Origin: an uncultured Gammaproteobacteria bacterium
GTDB taxonomy: Bacteria > Patescibacteriota > Microgenomatia > UBA8517
Length of the DNA: 64,000 bases
Assembly: GCA_964431555.1 (NCBI GenBank)
Contig: CAYSJW010000033.1
Location: 9,389-73,388 of the forward strand
Direction: 5' to 3'
Shown here: positions 28,625 to 39,207 of the stretch, piece by piece
Position numbering within the stretch: the stretch's first letter is position 1
How the letters are laid out: the number at the start of each line of letters is the position of its first letter
Notes under the pieces: model-generated
What the model was told of the DNA's origin: nothing
The model's database searches: none
Seen by the model: only the letters and a program-made list of their open reading frames with translations
Made by a program: the position numbers and the translations under genes

Positions 28625-31573
28625 ATGGACTATATAAAAATAAGAGGTGCTCGTCAGCATAATTTAAAAAATATAAATATAGACTTACCCAAAAACAAAT
28701 TAATATGTTTTACGGGAGTATCAGGAAGTGGAAAAAGTTCATTGGCATTTGACACTATATATGCAGAAGGACAAAGGAGATATGTTGAAAGCCTTTCAAC
28801 TTATGCAAGACAATTTTTAGGTGTTATGGAAAAACCTGATTTTGATTCAATCGAGGGTTTATCTCCATCAATATCAATTGATCAAAAAACAATTTCTAAA
28901 AATCCACGTTCCACAGTTGGTACTATAACTGAAATTTACGATTATTTAAGATTGCTTTTTGCTAGGATAGGACATCCACATTGTCCAATTTGCCAAAGAG
29001 AAATTTCAAGTCAAAGTATAGACGAAATTGTAAATTCAGTAATGAAATTAATAGATGATAATTTAAAAACCAAAAAAATATTTAAATTTCTAATATTATC
29101 TCCAGTTGTTAGAGACAAAAAAGGAGAATTTTCTGGTCTAATAGACAATCTAAAAGTTAAAGGAATTCAAAAAATAAGAATAGATAATATTATTAAAAGT
29201 ACATCTGAAGATTATTACCTCATAAAAACAAATAAACATACAATAGAGGCTGTAATTGATAAGTTGTCAGTTACAAAGAAAGATATTAAAAATGAAATTT
29301 TCAAAAATAATCTAAAAACTAGACTTACCGATTCTCTCGATTTGTCATTAAAACTTTCTAATGGATACACCATAGTTTCAGAGGTGTTGGATAAAGATTT
29401 TTCTATTCCTGAATATCCAAAAGAATTTCACGATTACTTGTTTTCTGAAAAGTTTGCGTGTCCGAAAGACAACATAAGCTTTCCAGAAATAGAACCTAGA
29501 AGTTTTTCTTTCAATTCTCCTCATGGTGCTTGTCCAATCTGTAATGGAATAGGAAAAATATTAAAAGTAGATGTTGAAAAAATATTTTCTCCAGAGATAT
29601 CTATAACAGAAGGGGGGATTTTGCCTTTTTCAAATATATTTGAACAAGATACTTGGTATTCTAGAATAATTTTAACTGTTTGCCATGAAAATGGTATTGA
29701 TCCTAAAACTCCAATTAAATATTTAACAAAAGAGCAAAAAAGTTTATTACTTTACGGAACTGGAGATAAAGAGTATGAAGTTTTTGGAACAAACAGATTT
29801 GGAAAGATGACACGCATTTTCGAAAATTTTTCAGGTATAGTAAAAGAGCTTGAAAATAAATATTCTGAAACAGAATCAGAATGGATAAGATACGAAATTG
29901 AAAAATTTATGAAAGAAAATTTATGTCCCGAGTGCAATGGAGCAAGGTTAAAAAAAGAGTCTCTTTCAATAACTATCAATAAACTTTCAATTTATCAAGT
30001 TACTAATTTTTCAATAGACGAAGCTTATCAATGGTTTTTGGATTTAATTAACAAAGATATATTGTCAAAAAGAGAACGCCAAATATCCAATCTTATTTTA
30101 AAAGAAATAGTTGATAGATTGAATTTTTTAAAATCTGTTGGATTAGGATATTTAACACTTGATAGAAGTTCAGGATCATTATCCGGCGGAGAATCACAAA
30201 GAATAAGATTGGCAAGTCAAATAGGTAGCGGATTAACCGGAGTTATATATGTTTTAGATGAACCGACAATTGGTCTTCATCAAAAGGATAATTCTTTGTT
30301 AATTAATACCCTTAAAAATTTAAGAAACCTAGGGAATACTGTAATCGTAGTAGAACACGATAGTCAAACTATAAAAAATTCCGATTATGTAATTGATTTT
30401 GGACCGGGAGCAGGTAAATATGGTGGTTATATCATTGCTAAAGGAACACCAAAAGAAATATCTAACAATCCTAATTCTATTACAGGACAATATTTATCTG
30501 GTAAAAAAAAGGTTAATTTAGCAAAAACAAATAACATTAAAATTTATAATCAGGGTATTATTGAAAATAAAGATAATCAAAAATTTATATGCTTATATGG
30601 AGCATCACAATATAATCTCAAAAATATAAATGTAAAATTCCCTTTAGGTAAATTAGTTGCAATAACAGGTGTTTCTGGAAGCGGAAAATCTACTTTGTTA
30701 GTTGAAACCCTTTATCCAGCTTTAGAAAAAAATATAAACCCAAGATTTAAGGGAAATGTAGGAAAATTTGAAAAAATAGAAGGTATTGAAAATATTAATA
30801 AAGTAATTTTAATCGATCAATCTCCTATAGGAAGAACTCCACGTAGCAACCCAGCTACATATACAAAATTATTTGACTATATTAGAGAAGTTTTTTCTCA
30901 AACAAAAGATTCAAAAATAATGGGATTTAAAAAGGGAAGATTTAGTTTTAACGTAAAAGGAGGAAGATGTGAGGCTTGTGAAGGTCAAGGACAAATAAAA
31001 ATAGAAATGCAATTTATGAGCGATATTTGGATTACATGCGATGTTTGTAAAGGAAACCGATATAATTCACAAACATTAGAGATTAGCTATAAAGGTAAAA
31101 ATATTGCCGAAGTATTGAAAATGACAGTCAGTGAAGCAATAGAATTTTTTCATTCAAACAATCAAATCTTGTCAAAACTTAATACTTTATCAGAAGTGGG
31201 ACTTGATTACATTGAATTAGGTCAGCCTGCAACTACATTATCAGGAGGAGAGGCACAAAGAATAAAACTAGCAACTGAACTTTCTAAAAAAGAAACTAGT
31301 AAAACAGTATATATTCTCGATGAACCCACAACCGGGCTTCACTTTTCGGATGTAGAAAAACTTCTTAATGTCCTAAAAACACTTGTAAGTAAAGGTAATA
31401 GTATCTTTATAATAGAGCATAATATGGATATTATAAAAAATTCCGATTGGATAATCGATTTGGGTCCGTTAGGTGGTGAAAATGGTGGGGAGATTATTGC
31501 TCAAGGAACTATAAAAGATATCATTAATAACAAAAATTCATTTACAGGCCAATATCTGAAAAACTACATATAA
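28625..31573 (+). CDS. uvrA: excinuclease ABC subunit A
   Basis: Two ABC modules (GVSGSGKSS and GVSGSGKST), zinc-finger CxxC pairs, 982 aa. Confidence 0.95.
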   Translation: MDYIKIRGARQHNLKNINIDLPKNKLICFTGVSGSGKSSLAFDTIYAEGQRRYVESLSTYARQFLGVMEKPDFDSIEGLSPSISIDQKTISKNPRSTVGTITEIYDYLRLLFARIGHPHCPICQREISSQSIDEIVNSVMKLIDDNLKTKKIFKFLILSPVVRDKKGEFSGLIDNLKVKGIQKIRIDNIIKSTSEDYYLIKTNKHTIEAVIDKLSVTKKDIKNEIFKNNLKTRLTDSLDLSLKLSNGYTIVSEVLDKDFSIPEYPKEFHDYLFSEKFACPKDNISFPEIEPRSFSFNSPHGACPICNGIGKILKVDVEKIFSPEISITEGGILPFSNIFEQDTWYSRIILTVCHENGIDPKTPIKYLTKEQKSLLLYGTGDKEYEVFGTNRFGKMTRIFENFSGIVKELENKYSETESEWIRYEIEKFMKENLCPECNGARLKKESLSITINKLSIYQVTNFSIDEAYQWFLDLINKDILSKRERQISNLILKEIVDRLNFLKSVGLGYLTLDRSSGSLSGGESQRIRLASQIGSGLTGVIYVLDEPTIGLHQKDNSLLINTLKNLRNLGNTVIVVEHDSQTIKNSDYVIDFGPGAGKYGGYIIAKGTPKEISNNPNSITGQYLSGKKKVNLAKTNNIKIYNQGIIENKDNQKFICLYGASQYNLKNINVKFPLGKLVAITGVSGSGKSTLLVETLYPALEKNINPRFKGNVGKFEKIEGIENINKVILIDQSPIGRTPRSNPATYTKLFDYIREVFSQTKDSKIMGFKKGRFSFNVKGGRCEACEGQGQIKIEMQFMSDIWITCDVCKGNRYNSQTLEISYKGKNIAEVLKMTVSEAIEFFHSNNQILSKLNTLSEVGLDYIELGQPATTLSGGEAQRIKLATELSKKETSKTVYILDEPTTGLHFSDVEKLLNVLKTLVSKGNSIFIIEHNMDIIKNSDWIIDLGPLGGENGGEIIAQGTIKDIINNKNSFTGQYLKNYI

Positions 31574-31612
31574 AAATTAACAAATTATCTATTTTATAAA
31601 AAATCTTAATAA

Positions 31613-33454
31613 ATGATAAAAAAATCCATAATCTTTAACATAATATTGGTATCTATTTACTTTTTGTCAGTAAAAAATATAAAAGCGTCTTCAGAATATC
31701 AAATAAATTCAATAATAGAATATAAGATTCGTGATGAAGGATATTTTTCTGTAACTCATACAATAACCTTAACAAACATCACCACAGAAAAATATGCTAA
31801 ATACTACATAATAAATCTTTCAAATCAAATCCCAGTAAATATAAAAGTTTATGAAAAAGGAGAAGAATTACCAGTAGAAATAAATAAAATTAATAACGAT
31901 TATTCTTTAAAAATTACATTTGTTGAACCTGTCTTAGGTAAAAACAATTCAAGAACTTTTATTGTAACATATGATGAAAAAAATATTTTACAAAAAAATG
32001 GGGATGTTTTGGAATTTTCTTTACCTTTAGTTAATCAGGAGTATAGTGATTGCAAAATTTTGATATCTGTTCCTGAAACTGTTGGAGATTTGGCTTATAT
32101 TACTCCTGACAAATATGAAATTGAAAAGCAAAACAATAGAATAGTTTATAAATTTTCTAAAAACTTAATAAAAAACCAAAAAATTAACGCAATTTTTGGA
32201 AAATTTAAAGTATATTCAATAAAAGTAAATATCCCATTAAAAAATTATGAGAATAAGAATAAAGAAATTAAATTTGCAATTCCACCTGACACATCTATGC
32301 AAAAAGTTTATTACAACAAACTTGAACCGCTTCCCAATAATATTTATGTTGACGAAGATGGCAATTGGATAGCAACATATTTACTAAAGCCAAAAGAAAA
32401 TATTAATTTAAATGTTGAAGGTTATATACAGGTATTTTCTAGACCCTTAAAATTATTTAGACAAACTCCGTCATCAATAATCTCAAACTTAAAGCCTCAA
32501 ATTTATTGGGAGTCTGATGACCCATTAATTAAAAATTTAACAGAAAATTTTAAAAATCCAAAAGAAATTTATGATTATGTAGTCGACAATTTAATCTATA
32601 ACTATAAAAGAATATCACCAAATGCAGATAGATATGGAGCAAAAAAAGCACTACTTAACAAAAATGATTCGTTATGTACTGAATTTACAGATTTATTTAT
32701 AGCTCTTTCAAGGGCTTCAGGTATCCCAGCCAGAGAAATCAATGGTTATGCTTATTCTGACAATATCAATATAAAACCTTTATCTTTAATTTCTGATATT
32801 TTTCATTCATGGCCTGAATATTGGGACGAAGATCTACAAGACTGGAAACCTATCGATCCAACATGGGAATCAACATCAAATATAGATTATTTTAATGGAT
32901 TTGATTTAAATCATATAACACTTTTAATTCATGGAAAAAGTTCAACTTATCCAAGTTCACCTATTATTCAAAATACAGATGATATTAAAAAAAATTTATA
33001 TATATACCCTTCATCTCTACCAAATATAGAAATTAAACCTTTGATAATAAACCATAAAATTGTGAATTATTTGAACCCCTTTAAAAAAGAATTAAATGTT
33101 ATAATAAAAAATGAAACTCCCATAGCTTTCTATAATATAAATCCAATCATCTACTTTGAAAACAAAAAAATAATTACAGAAAAGATAAATGTATTACCTC
33201 CCATGTCTTACAAAAAAATTGTATTTAACATTCCTGTTGGTTTTCTTGCTTTAGATTCTCCTAATAAAATATCAATAGAAGTTAATAATTACATAAATGA
33301 GATTTATTTAAATAAAGCAAAGTTGATAACCATACAACTTATATATATATTTTCAATTTTCATTTTTATAATTTTATTTCTTCTAATAATATTAAATATG
33401 AATTTAATAAAAAGTATATTAGCCAAGATAAATATCAAAAGGTATGTTAAATAA
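31613..33454 (+). CDS. membrane-anchored transglutaminase-like (Cys protease fold) protein
   Basis: Signal/TM at the N-terminus. CTEFTDLFIALSRASGIPAREINGYAY is a transglutaminase-core Cys motif. C-terminal TM helix. Overlaps the uvrC start by 11 nt. Confidence 0.7.
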   Translation: MIKKSIIFNIILVSIYFLSVKNIKASSEYQINSIIEYKIRDEGYFSVTHTITLTNITTEKYAKYYIINLSNQIPVNIKVYEKGEELPVEINKINNDYSLKITFVEPVLGKNNSRTFIVTYDEKNILQKNGDVLEFSLPLVNQEYSDCKILISVPETVGDLAYITPDKYEIEKQNNRIVYKFSKNLIKNQKINAIFGKFKVYSIKVNIPLKNYENKNKEIKFAIPPDTSMQKVYYNKLEPLPNNIYVDEDGNWIATYLLKPKENINLNVEGYIQVFSRPLKLFRQTPSSIISNLKPQIYWESDDPLIKNLTENFKNPKEIYDYVVDNLIYNYKRISPNADRYGAKKALLNKNDSLCTEFTDLFIALSRASGIPAREINGYAYSDNINIKPLSLISDIFHSWPEYWDEDLQDWKPIDPTWESTSNIDYFNGFDLNHITLLIHGKSSTYPSSPIIQNTDDIKKNLYIYPSSLPNIEIKPLIINHKIVNYLNPFKKELNVIIKNETPIAFYNINPIIYFENKKIITEKINVLPPMSYKKIVFNIPVGFLALDSPNKISIEVNNYINEIYLNKAKLITIQLIYIFSIFIFIILFLLIILNMNLIKSILAKINIKRYVK

Positions 33455-34766
33455 AATTAAAAAATTATCTTTTAATAAAAATAATATCAAAAATATACCT
33501 GAAGAACCGGGTGTATATATATTCTTTTCAGAATTAAAACCTTTATATGTAGGTAAATCAAAAAATTTAAAAAATAGATTAACATCATATATGAACTTAA
33601 ATCTTTTACCGAAAACTTCAAAAATGATTTCTATTACAAAATATTTTTCTTTTATTTTAGTATCATCTGAAATAGAATCACTCATACTTGAAGCTAATTT
33701 AATAAACAAATTAAAACCAACTTACAATATTCAATTAAAAGATGACAAAAGTCCCATTTATATATGCATTACCAATGACAAATATCCTATGGTCATAACA
33801 AAAAGAAAACCAAATAAAAATAACAATATTAAATATTATTTTGGGCCTTTTACATCAATAAAATCTGCTAAAAATATACTTTATCACTTAAGAAAGATTA
33901 TTCCTTTCTCTCAACATAAACCTAATAAAAAGGTTTGTTTATATCACCAAATGAATCTTTGTAATCCATGTCCATCTTTAATTGAAAAAACTGATAACTT
34001 AAGACAAAAAAGCATTTTAATCAAACAATATAAGAAAAATATAATTAATGTAAAAAATTTTTTATATGGTAATATGTCAAATTTAAAGAAATCTTTACTA
34101 GATAATATAAATTTTTTAATAAAAAATGAAAAATTTGAAGAGGCTTCTATAATCAAAAAAAAGCTTGATTACCTTAATTTCATAACAAATAAATCTTTCT
34201 CTGATAATGATTACATAGAAAACCCAAATCTTATTGAAGATATTAGAGAAAAAGAGCTATATGATTTAAAATCTATTATAAGAAATTATTTAATATTAAA
34301 AAATATAAAACGTATTGAATGCTACGATATTTCACATTTATCTGGAATTTATCCTACCGCTTCGATGGTTACATTTAATAATGGAAATCCAGACAGAAAT
34401 TTATATAAACATTTTATCTTAAGAAACAACCATAAGGGTGATGATATTTCTGGTATGTCAGAAATAGCTAAAAGAAGAATAAAACACTTTAATGATTGGG
34501 GTAAACCCGATTTAATTTTAGTTGATGGTGGAAAAGCTCAAATTAAAGCTTTTCTAAATGAATTTAATGATACCAATATTCCAATATTAGGTATTGTTAA
34601 AAAAACTGAAAAATTGATAATACCATATAAAAATTCTTATAAAATTATTAATTTAAAAGGACCTTCATTATTATTAATACAAAGATTAAGAAATGAAGCT
34701 CATAGATTTTCAAGAGTATTACACCATAAGCTATTCAAAAAATATCTTATAAAAAACAATATATAA
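33444..34766 (+). CDS. uvrC: excinuclease ABC subunit C, short form (GIY-YIG, UVR and RNase H-like endonuclease domains; no C-terminal HhH)
   Basis: GIY-YIG motif (GVYIFF...LYVGKSKNLKNRL). UVR-like coiled segment. Endonuclease region (YDISHLSG...LILVDGGKAQ). The protein ends at 440 aa, before where the (HhH)2 domain would be. Confidence 0.8.
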   Translation: MLNKIKKLSFNKNNIKNIPEEPGVYIFFSELKPLYVGKSKNLKNRLTSYMNLNLLPKTSKMISITKYFSFILVSSEIESLILEANLINKLKPTYNIQLKDDKSPIYICITNDKYPMVITKRKPNKNNNIKYYFGPFTSIKSAKNILYHLRKIIPFSQHKPNKKVCLYHQMNLCNPCPSLIEKTDNLRQKSILIKQYKKNIINVKNFLYGNMSNLKKSLLDNINFLIKNEKFEEASIIKKKLDYLNFITNKSFSDNDYIENPNLIEDIREKELYDLKSIIRNYLILKNIKRIECYDISHLSGIYPTASMVTFNNGNPDRNLYKHFILRNNHKGDDISGMSEIAKRRIKHFNDWGKPDLILVDGGKAQIKAFLNEFNDTNIPILGIVKKTEKLIIPYKNSYKIINLKGPSLLLIQRLRNEAHRFSRVLHHKLFKKYLIKNNI

Positions 34767-34777
34767 TAAATATAATA

Positions 34778-35179
34778 ATGAAAAAGATTCTTAAACATTA
34801 TGCTATCAATACATTTTCATTATGGGTTATAAGTAATATTGCTACAGGTTTAGTTTTTGAAAAAGGTTTAAAAACACTCTTTATTTCTGGTATAGCCATA
34901 ACTGCTGTATTTTTTCTAGCCAAACCTGTTATCAATTTACTACTTCTTCCTTTAAATTTAGTAACCTTCGGACTTTTTAAATGGGTATCATCAGCCGTAG
35001 TTCTTTATCTCGTAACACTAATAATAAAGGATTTTAAAATAATTGGCTTTCATTTTTACGGATATTCTAGCAAATGGATTGATATACCTACTATTGATGT
35101 TAAAGGATTTTTATCATATGTTCTTTTTTCTTTTTTACTTTCATTAATTACATCATTTATTTACTGGTTAATGAAGTAA
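34778..35179 (+). CDS. DUF360/YvlD-like membrane protein (phage holin family 4-like)
   Basis: 133 aa, four hydrophobic helices. N-terminal pattern matches the YvlD family. Confidence 0.5.
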   Translation: MKKILKHYAINTFSLWVISNIATGLVFEKGLKTLFISGIAITAVFFLAKPVINLLLLPLNLVTFGLFKWVSSAVVLYLVTLIIKDFKIIGFHFYGYSSKWIDIPTIDVKGFLSYVLFSFLLSLITSFIYWLMK

Positions 35180-35206
35180 AAATATATTTTCTGTATAATA
35201 ATCTTT

Positions 35207-35416
35207 ATGAAAAACACTTTATTAATTTTTCAAATTATATTGGCTATAATACTTACATTTTTTATATTTATCCAATCAAGTGGAAGTGGTTTTAACAGAA
35301 GTTGGAAAGGACCATCATCATTTACAAGAAGAGGACTAGAAAAAGTTGTTTTTAGACTTACTTTCTTCATATCCGGCATTTTTATAGCAGTCTCGATTCT
35401 CAGTGTACTCTTATAA
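35207..35416 (+). CDS. secG: preprotein translocase subunit SecG
   Basis: 69 aa. TM helix, Gly-rich loop (SSGSGF), then a second TM, as in SecG. Confidence 0.6.
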   Translation: MKNTLLIFQIILAIILTFFIFIQSSGSGFNRSWKGPSSFTRRGLEKVVFRLTFFISGIFIAVSILSVLL

Positions 35417-35439
35417 ACTTTTAGCTTTAAATACTACTT

Positions 35440-36744
35440 ATGTATTACTTTAAACTAATAATTGCATTTTTAAACAAATTTAAGTTTATTATTTCAATAG
35501 GAATTGTTTTTGGAATATTTTCATTTTATCTATTTAACAATTTTATTTATAAAAATTACTTAGGAAAAACAACTACAATAGGTATATTAGGCAGATACAG
35601 ACCGAATGACTTACCTTTATATATTTTAAATAAGATTAGTAGAGGACTTACAAAAGTTAAAGATGGTAATTTAGAACCAGACTTAGCTGAATATTGGGAA
35701 ACTACTGATAAAGGTAAGACTTGGATATTTAAACTAAAAGACAACATTTATTGGCATGATGGTACCAAAATTTCCAGTAATGACATTATTTTAGAATTTT
35801 CTGGTGTTAGTATTGAAAAACCAAATGATAATACTATTAAATTCATATTAGATGAACCTTATTCTCCATTTCCTTACATAGTCTCAAAACCAATTTTTAA
35901 AAAGGGACTAATGGGAACCGGTGATTGGAAAGTTAAAAATATTAAAATCGTCAACACCTATATTAGTTATTTAATGCTTAAAAATAGTGAAGGAAACACA
36001 CTTATATATAAGTTTTATCCTTCAAGTGATCTTTTAAAACATGCCTATAAAATGGGGAAAATAGATCAAATTAAAAATATATCAGATCCAAGTCCGTTCA
36101 ATAATTGGAATAATTCCAAAATTATAAAAAATTTAAACTATTCACAAATTGTTACCTTGTTTTTTAATACACAAGATAAAATTCTTTCAGAAAAAATAAT
36201 AAGACAATCTCTAAATTACGCTATAGATAAAGAATCCTTTGGTAATAGAGCATATACTCCATTAAATCCTGAATCCTGGGCTTACAATCCTCAAGTAAAA
36301 TCTTATGATTTTAACATAGATAATTCTTTAAATTTATTAAAAGAAATACCTAAAGAAATTAAAGATAATCTTGAAATAACATTAATAACAACTCCAAATT
36401 TATTAAACATAGCGGAAAAAATATCCAAGGATTGGGAAAAAATATCAGTTAAAACAACCATACAAGTATCATCTACCAAACCTAATGAATATCAATGTTT
36501 TTTAACTATATTTGATATACCAAATGATCCAGATCAATACCCGCTTTGGCACTCAACAAAAAAAGATACTAATATAACAAAATTAAATAATCCTAGAATA
36601 GATAAATTATTAGAAGATGGTAGAGTAGAACTTGACATAGAAAAAAGGAGAAAGATTTATTTGGATTTTCAAAAATATCTTTTAGAGGAATTACCCGCAA
36701 TATTTTTATATCATCCAGTCTACTACGACATTATTCGAAAATAA
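35440..36744 (+). CDS. ABC transporter substrate-binding protein, family 5 (peptide/nickel type)
   Basis: N-terminal anchor. LAEYWETTDKGKTWIFKLKDNIYWHDGT is a family-5 SBP signature. No permease or ATPase genes lie adjacent. Confidence 0.7.
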   Translation: MYYFKLIIAFLNKFKFIISIGIVFGIFSFYLFNNFIYKNYLGKTTTIGILGRYRPNDLPLYILNKISRGLTKVKDGNLEPDLAEYWETTDKGKTWIFKLKDNIYWHDGTKISSNDIILEFSGVSIEKPNDNTIKFILDEPYSPFPYIVSKPIFKKGLMGTGDWKVKNIKIVNTYISYLMLKNSEGNTLIYKFYPSSDLLKHAYKMGKIDQIKNISDPSPFNNWNNSKIIKNLNYSQIVTLFFNTQDKILSEKIIRQSLNYAIDKESFGNRAYTPLNPESWAYNPQVKSYDFNIDNSLNLLKEIPKEIKDNLEITLITTPNLLNIAEKISKDWEKISVKTTIQVSSTKPNEYQCFLTIFDIPNDPDQYPLWHSTKKDTNITKLNNPRIDKLLEDGRVELDIEKRRKIYLDFQKYLLEELPAIFLYHPVYYDIIRK

Positions 36745-36747
36745 TTT

Positions 36748-38475
36748 TTAATGAAACTCCTGTTTTTCTTCACTAATAAAATCACTCCAACCTTGTATTA
36801 AATTCAATATCACAGCAAAGGGAGTTTCGATAAGAAAATTAAATAGAATTGCAACAACATTGTATTCTTTCCATTTCCTTGCCAGAAACGCTCCAACTTT
36901 TGCGATAGGAACAGACAACATGTCTAAAAGAAAACTTCCAATAGTAGTATCTTCATCAACATTTAATTCTTTAGATTTATTTTTTATAGCAACAGCGGCA
37001 AAAAATGTGAGAGAAATTGTAAATGTGTCAAATATTACTGAAGTCATAGGCAATCCTCCGATATAGAAAAGATACGCTATACCTATAAATGCAAATATAA
37101 TAATTTCTATGTACAAAGAGACCATAAATATTTTTAACAATGATGGTTTTCCATTATCAAATTTAATCTGGAAATATCTTTTCTCAGAATTTTTATATAC
37201 AATACTATTTGCTAGATTAATAACTTTATTCATATTGTCTTTTGATGGAAGTTTAATAATTGAAACTAATAAAAACATTACAAATGTCGGGATCAAAAAA
37301 TCAATAATCGCTGCTTTTAGATTAAACCCCTCATAAAATAACTTCGCCAGTGGAACTTCTATTATAAAAAAGGTAAACCAGTTAGATAAAAATACAGACA
37401 AAGTAGAAAATATAGCTAATCTTATCAATCGAGTTTTAAGTGTAGAGTATCTTTTTTTATATGCTATCTTAATTTCCTTTTCAAACTTAATTTTATTATC
37501 AAAAATCTTATATAAAATATTTGGTTTGTTTTTATACTTCAATAAAATATCGTCAATCAATAAAAATATTGTATCAACATATTCAGCAACTCTAGTGAAC
37601 TTTTTTAAAATTTTATTCTTTAAGTCAATTTCAATTTGATTCCAAATTTCAGGTAATTTTTTTGAGATAATTCTGATCTCATCCTCTTCTAAAATATTCC
37701 AATTTGGAAAATTAAGCTTTAGTAAAATATAAGAAATATATTTATCGTCTAAATCATATAAAGTTTTAATTGTCGATATCAATAAAAACTTTTTAATTTC
37801 ATCATTCTTCAAAAAATCATTTGGTTCAAAACGAACTATATTTTCTAAACATTTTGACATTGCATTAATAATTCCATATTCCTTAAATGGATTGGTTAAT
37901 ATTTCTTCTATTTCACAGGCAGAAATTTCAATTAAAAAATTAATATAATTTACTCTTTGTTTAAACGCAAAAATATCAAATTTTGAAGATGAATCTAAAA
38001 AAATTAAATATTTTTTAATAATTCTCTCAACATCAATTAACCTTTCAAGAGGTATACTATTATTCGGTAAATGACCCCCTCTTATCAATTCAAATGTGAG
38101 GGTTTCAGCTAAATATTTTATATCAAACTTTTTAACAGTAATCTTAGCTATATTTGGAAATATTATTCTTTTTAAAATTCTTTCTATTGCTCCTCTTCTT
38201 AAAGCATTGTCATCTTTCCAATCAATAATCTTTCTTATTTTTTCATAAATTTTAGCTATCCTTGATGCTACCTCATCAACATGTATTGGGGTAAAACTCT
38301 CATTTTCATTTAATAATTCAAAAATATAATTATCTAGAAGTTTGACTATATATTCATTTAATATTTCACCATCGTCATTAACTGTTAAAGCCATATTATT
38401 TTTAATACTAGTTAAATCAATAGAATCATTGTTTTTATGCAAACTTAAATCTTCATTTTGATAAATAACAGCCAT
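36748..38475 (-). CDS. hypothetical 575-aa membrane protein (large cytoplasmic N-terminal domain plus about 5 C-terminal TM helices)
   Basis: No recognisable motif. Last gene of a five-gene minus-strand string. Confidence 0.5.
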   Translation of the reverse strand: MAVIYQNEDLSLHKNNDSIDLTSIKNNMALTVNDDGEILNEYIVKLLDNYIFELLNENESFTPIHVDEVASRIAKIYEKIRKIIDWKDDNALRRGAIERILKRIIFPNIAKITVKKFDIKYLAETLTFELIRGGHLPNNSIPLERLIDVERIIKKYLIFLDSSSKFDIFAFKQRVNYINFLIEISACEIEEILTNPFKEYGIINAMSKCLENIVRFEPNDFLKNDEIKKFLLISTIKTLYDLDDKYISYILLKLNFPNWNILEEDEIRIISKKLPEIWNQIEIDLKNKILKKFTRVAEYVDTIFLLIDDILLKYKNKPNILYKIFDNKIKFEKEIKIAYKKRYSTLKTRLIRLAIFSTLSVFLSNWFTFFIIEVPLAKLFYEGFNLKAAIIDFLIPTFVMFLLVSIIKLPSKDNMNKVINLANSIVYKNSEKRYFQIKFDNGKPSLLKIFMVSLYIEIIIFAFIGIAYLFYIGGLPMTSVIFDTFTISLTFFAAVAIKNKSKELNVDEDTTIGSFLLDMLSVPIAKVGAFLARKWKEYNVVAILFNFLIETPFAVILNLIQGWSDFISEEKQEFH

Positions 38476-38555
38476 AGAAAATTACTACATTATATCATTA
38501 TGCCATTTTAAAATATCCACCTTTACAAAAAGATGTAATAATAAAAGATTATAAT

Positions 38556-39176
38556 TTAAAATTTAATAAAATAATCTATTTTACTTGAAGCTTTTACTTC
38601 CTCTATCCATGAATCATATCTCTCTTTTATTTTCGAATCCAATAATAGTTTTCTTACACCTTCTCTTGCCTCTTCACGACTCATATTTTCATATAATTCA
38701 GGATTTTCTCTTATAAACTTATCTATTTCATCTTCACTAAGATCTATATCTTGAGACAAAATTTTATATACAATAATTCTTAACCTTACATTTCTTTCCA
38801 AATCCGAAGCTGTTTGATTGGATTCCTTTAATATTTGTGCTAGAGTTTTACCATTGGTTAAAGCTTCCTTCTCTATTTTTAATATCTCTGATCTTATTTC
38901 CTCTTGTTTTACGATAATATTTCTTTTTTTAGCTTCATACTCAATTAACTTTTCCGAAATAATTTTATCTATAATATTATTTTTATCTTTTGATTCAAAA
39001 TATCTTATAACATCAGATATTGATATAGGCTGACCGTTTATAAAAGCTAATGCGATAACACCTCTTTTATAAAGAGAAAGCAAAATAAATATTACAAAAA
39101 TTAATGAAGCTGACTTAAATAACCATATATTACTAATTTTAATTTTAAAAATTCGTTTTATATCGTATTTATTCAT
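38556..39176 (-). CDS. membrane-anchored SurA-N-terminal-domain-like protein (paralog of 16298-17056)
   Basis: TM, then INGQPISISDV......LI..KL.E.EAKKR, which parallels the other copy. Confidence 0.5.
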   Translation of the reverse strand: MNKYDIKRIFKIKISNIWLFKSASLIFVIFILLSLYKRGVIALAFINGQPISISDVIRYFESKDKNNIIDKIISEKLIEYEAKKRNIIVKQEEIRSEILKIEKEALTNGKTLAQILKESNQTASDLERNVRLRIIVYKILSQDIDLSEDEIDKFIRENPELYENMSREEAREGVRKLLLDSKIKERYDSWIEEVKASSKIDYFIKF

Positions 39177-39207
39177 TTTAACTTAATGTTGACTGAATAT
39201 TAAAATA

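Noticed and set aside
33419-33709. 96-aa minus-strand ORF overlapping the transglutaminase/uvrC junction
   Set aside because: Antisense to two overlapping supported genes.
36860-37336. Two plus-strand ORFs (68 and 75 aa) inside the 575-aa minus-strand gene
   Set aside because: Antisense shadow ORFs.
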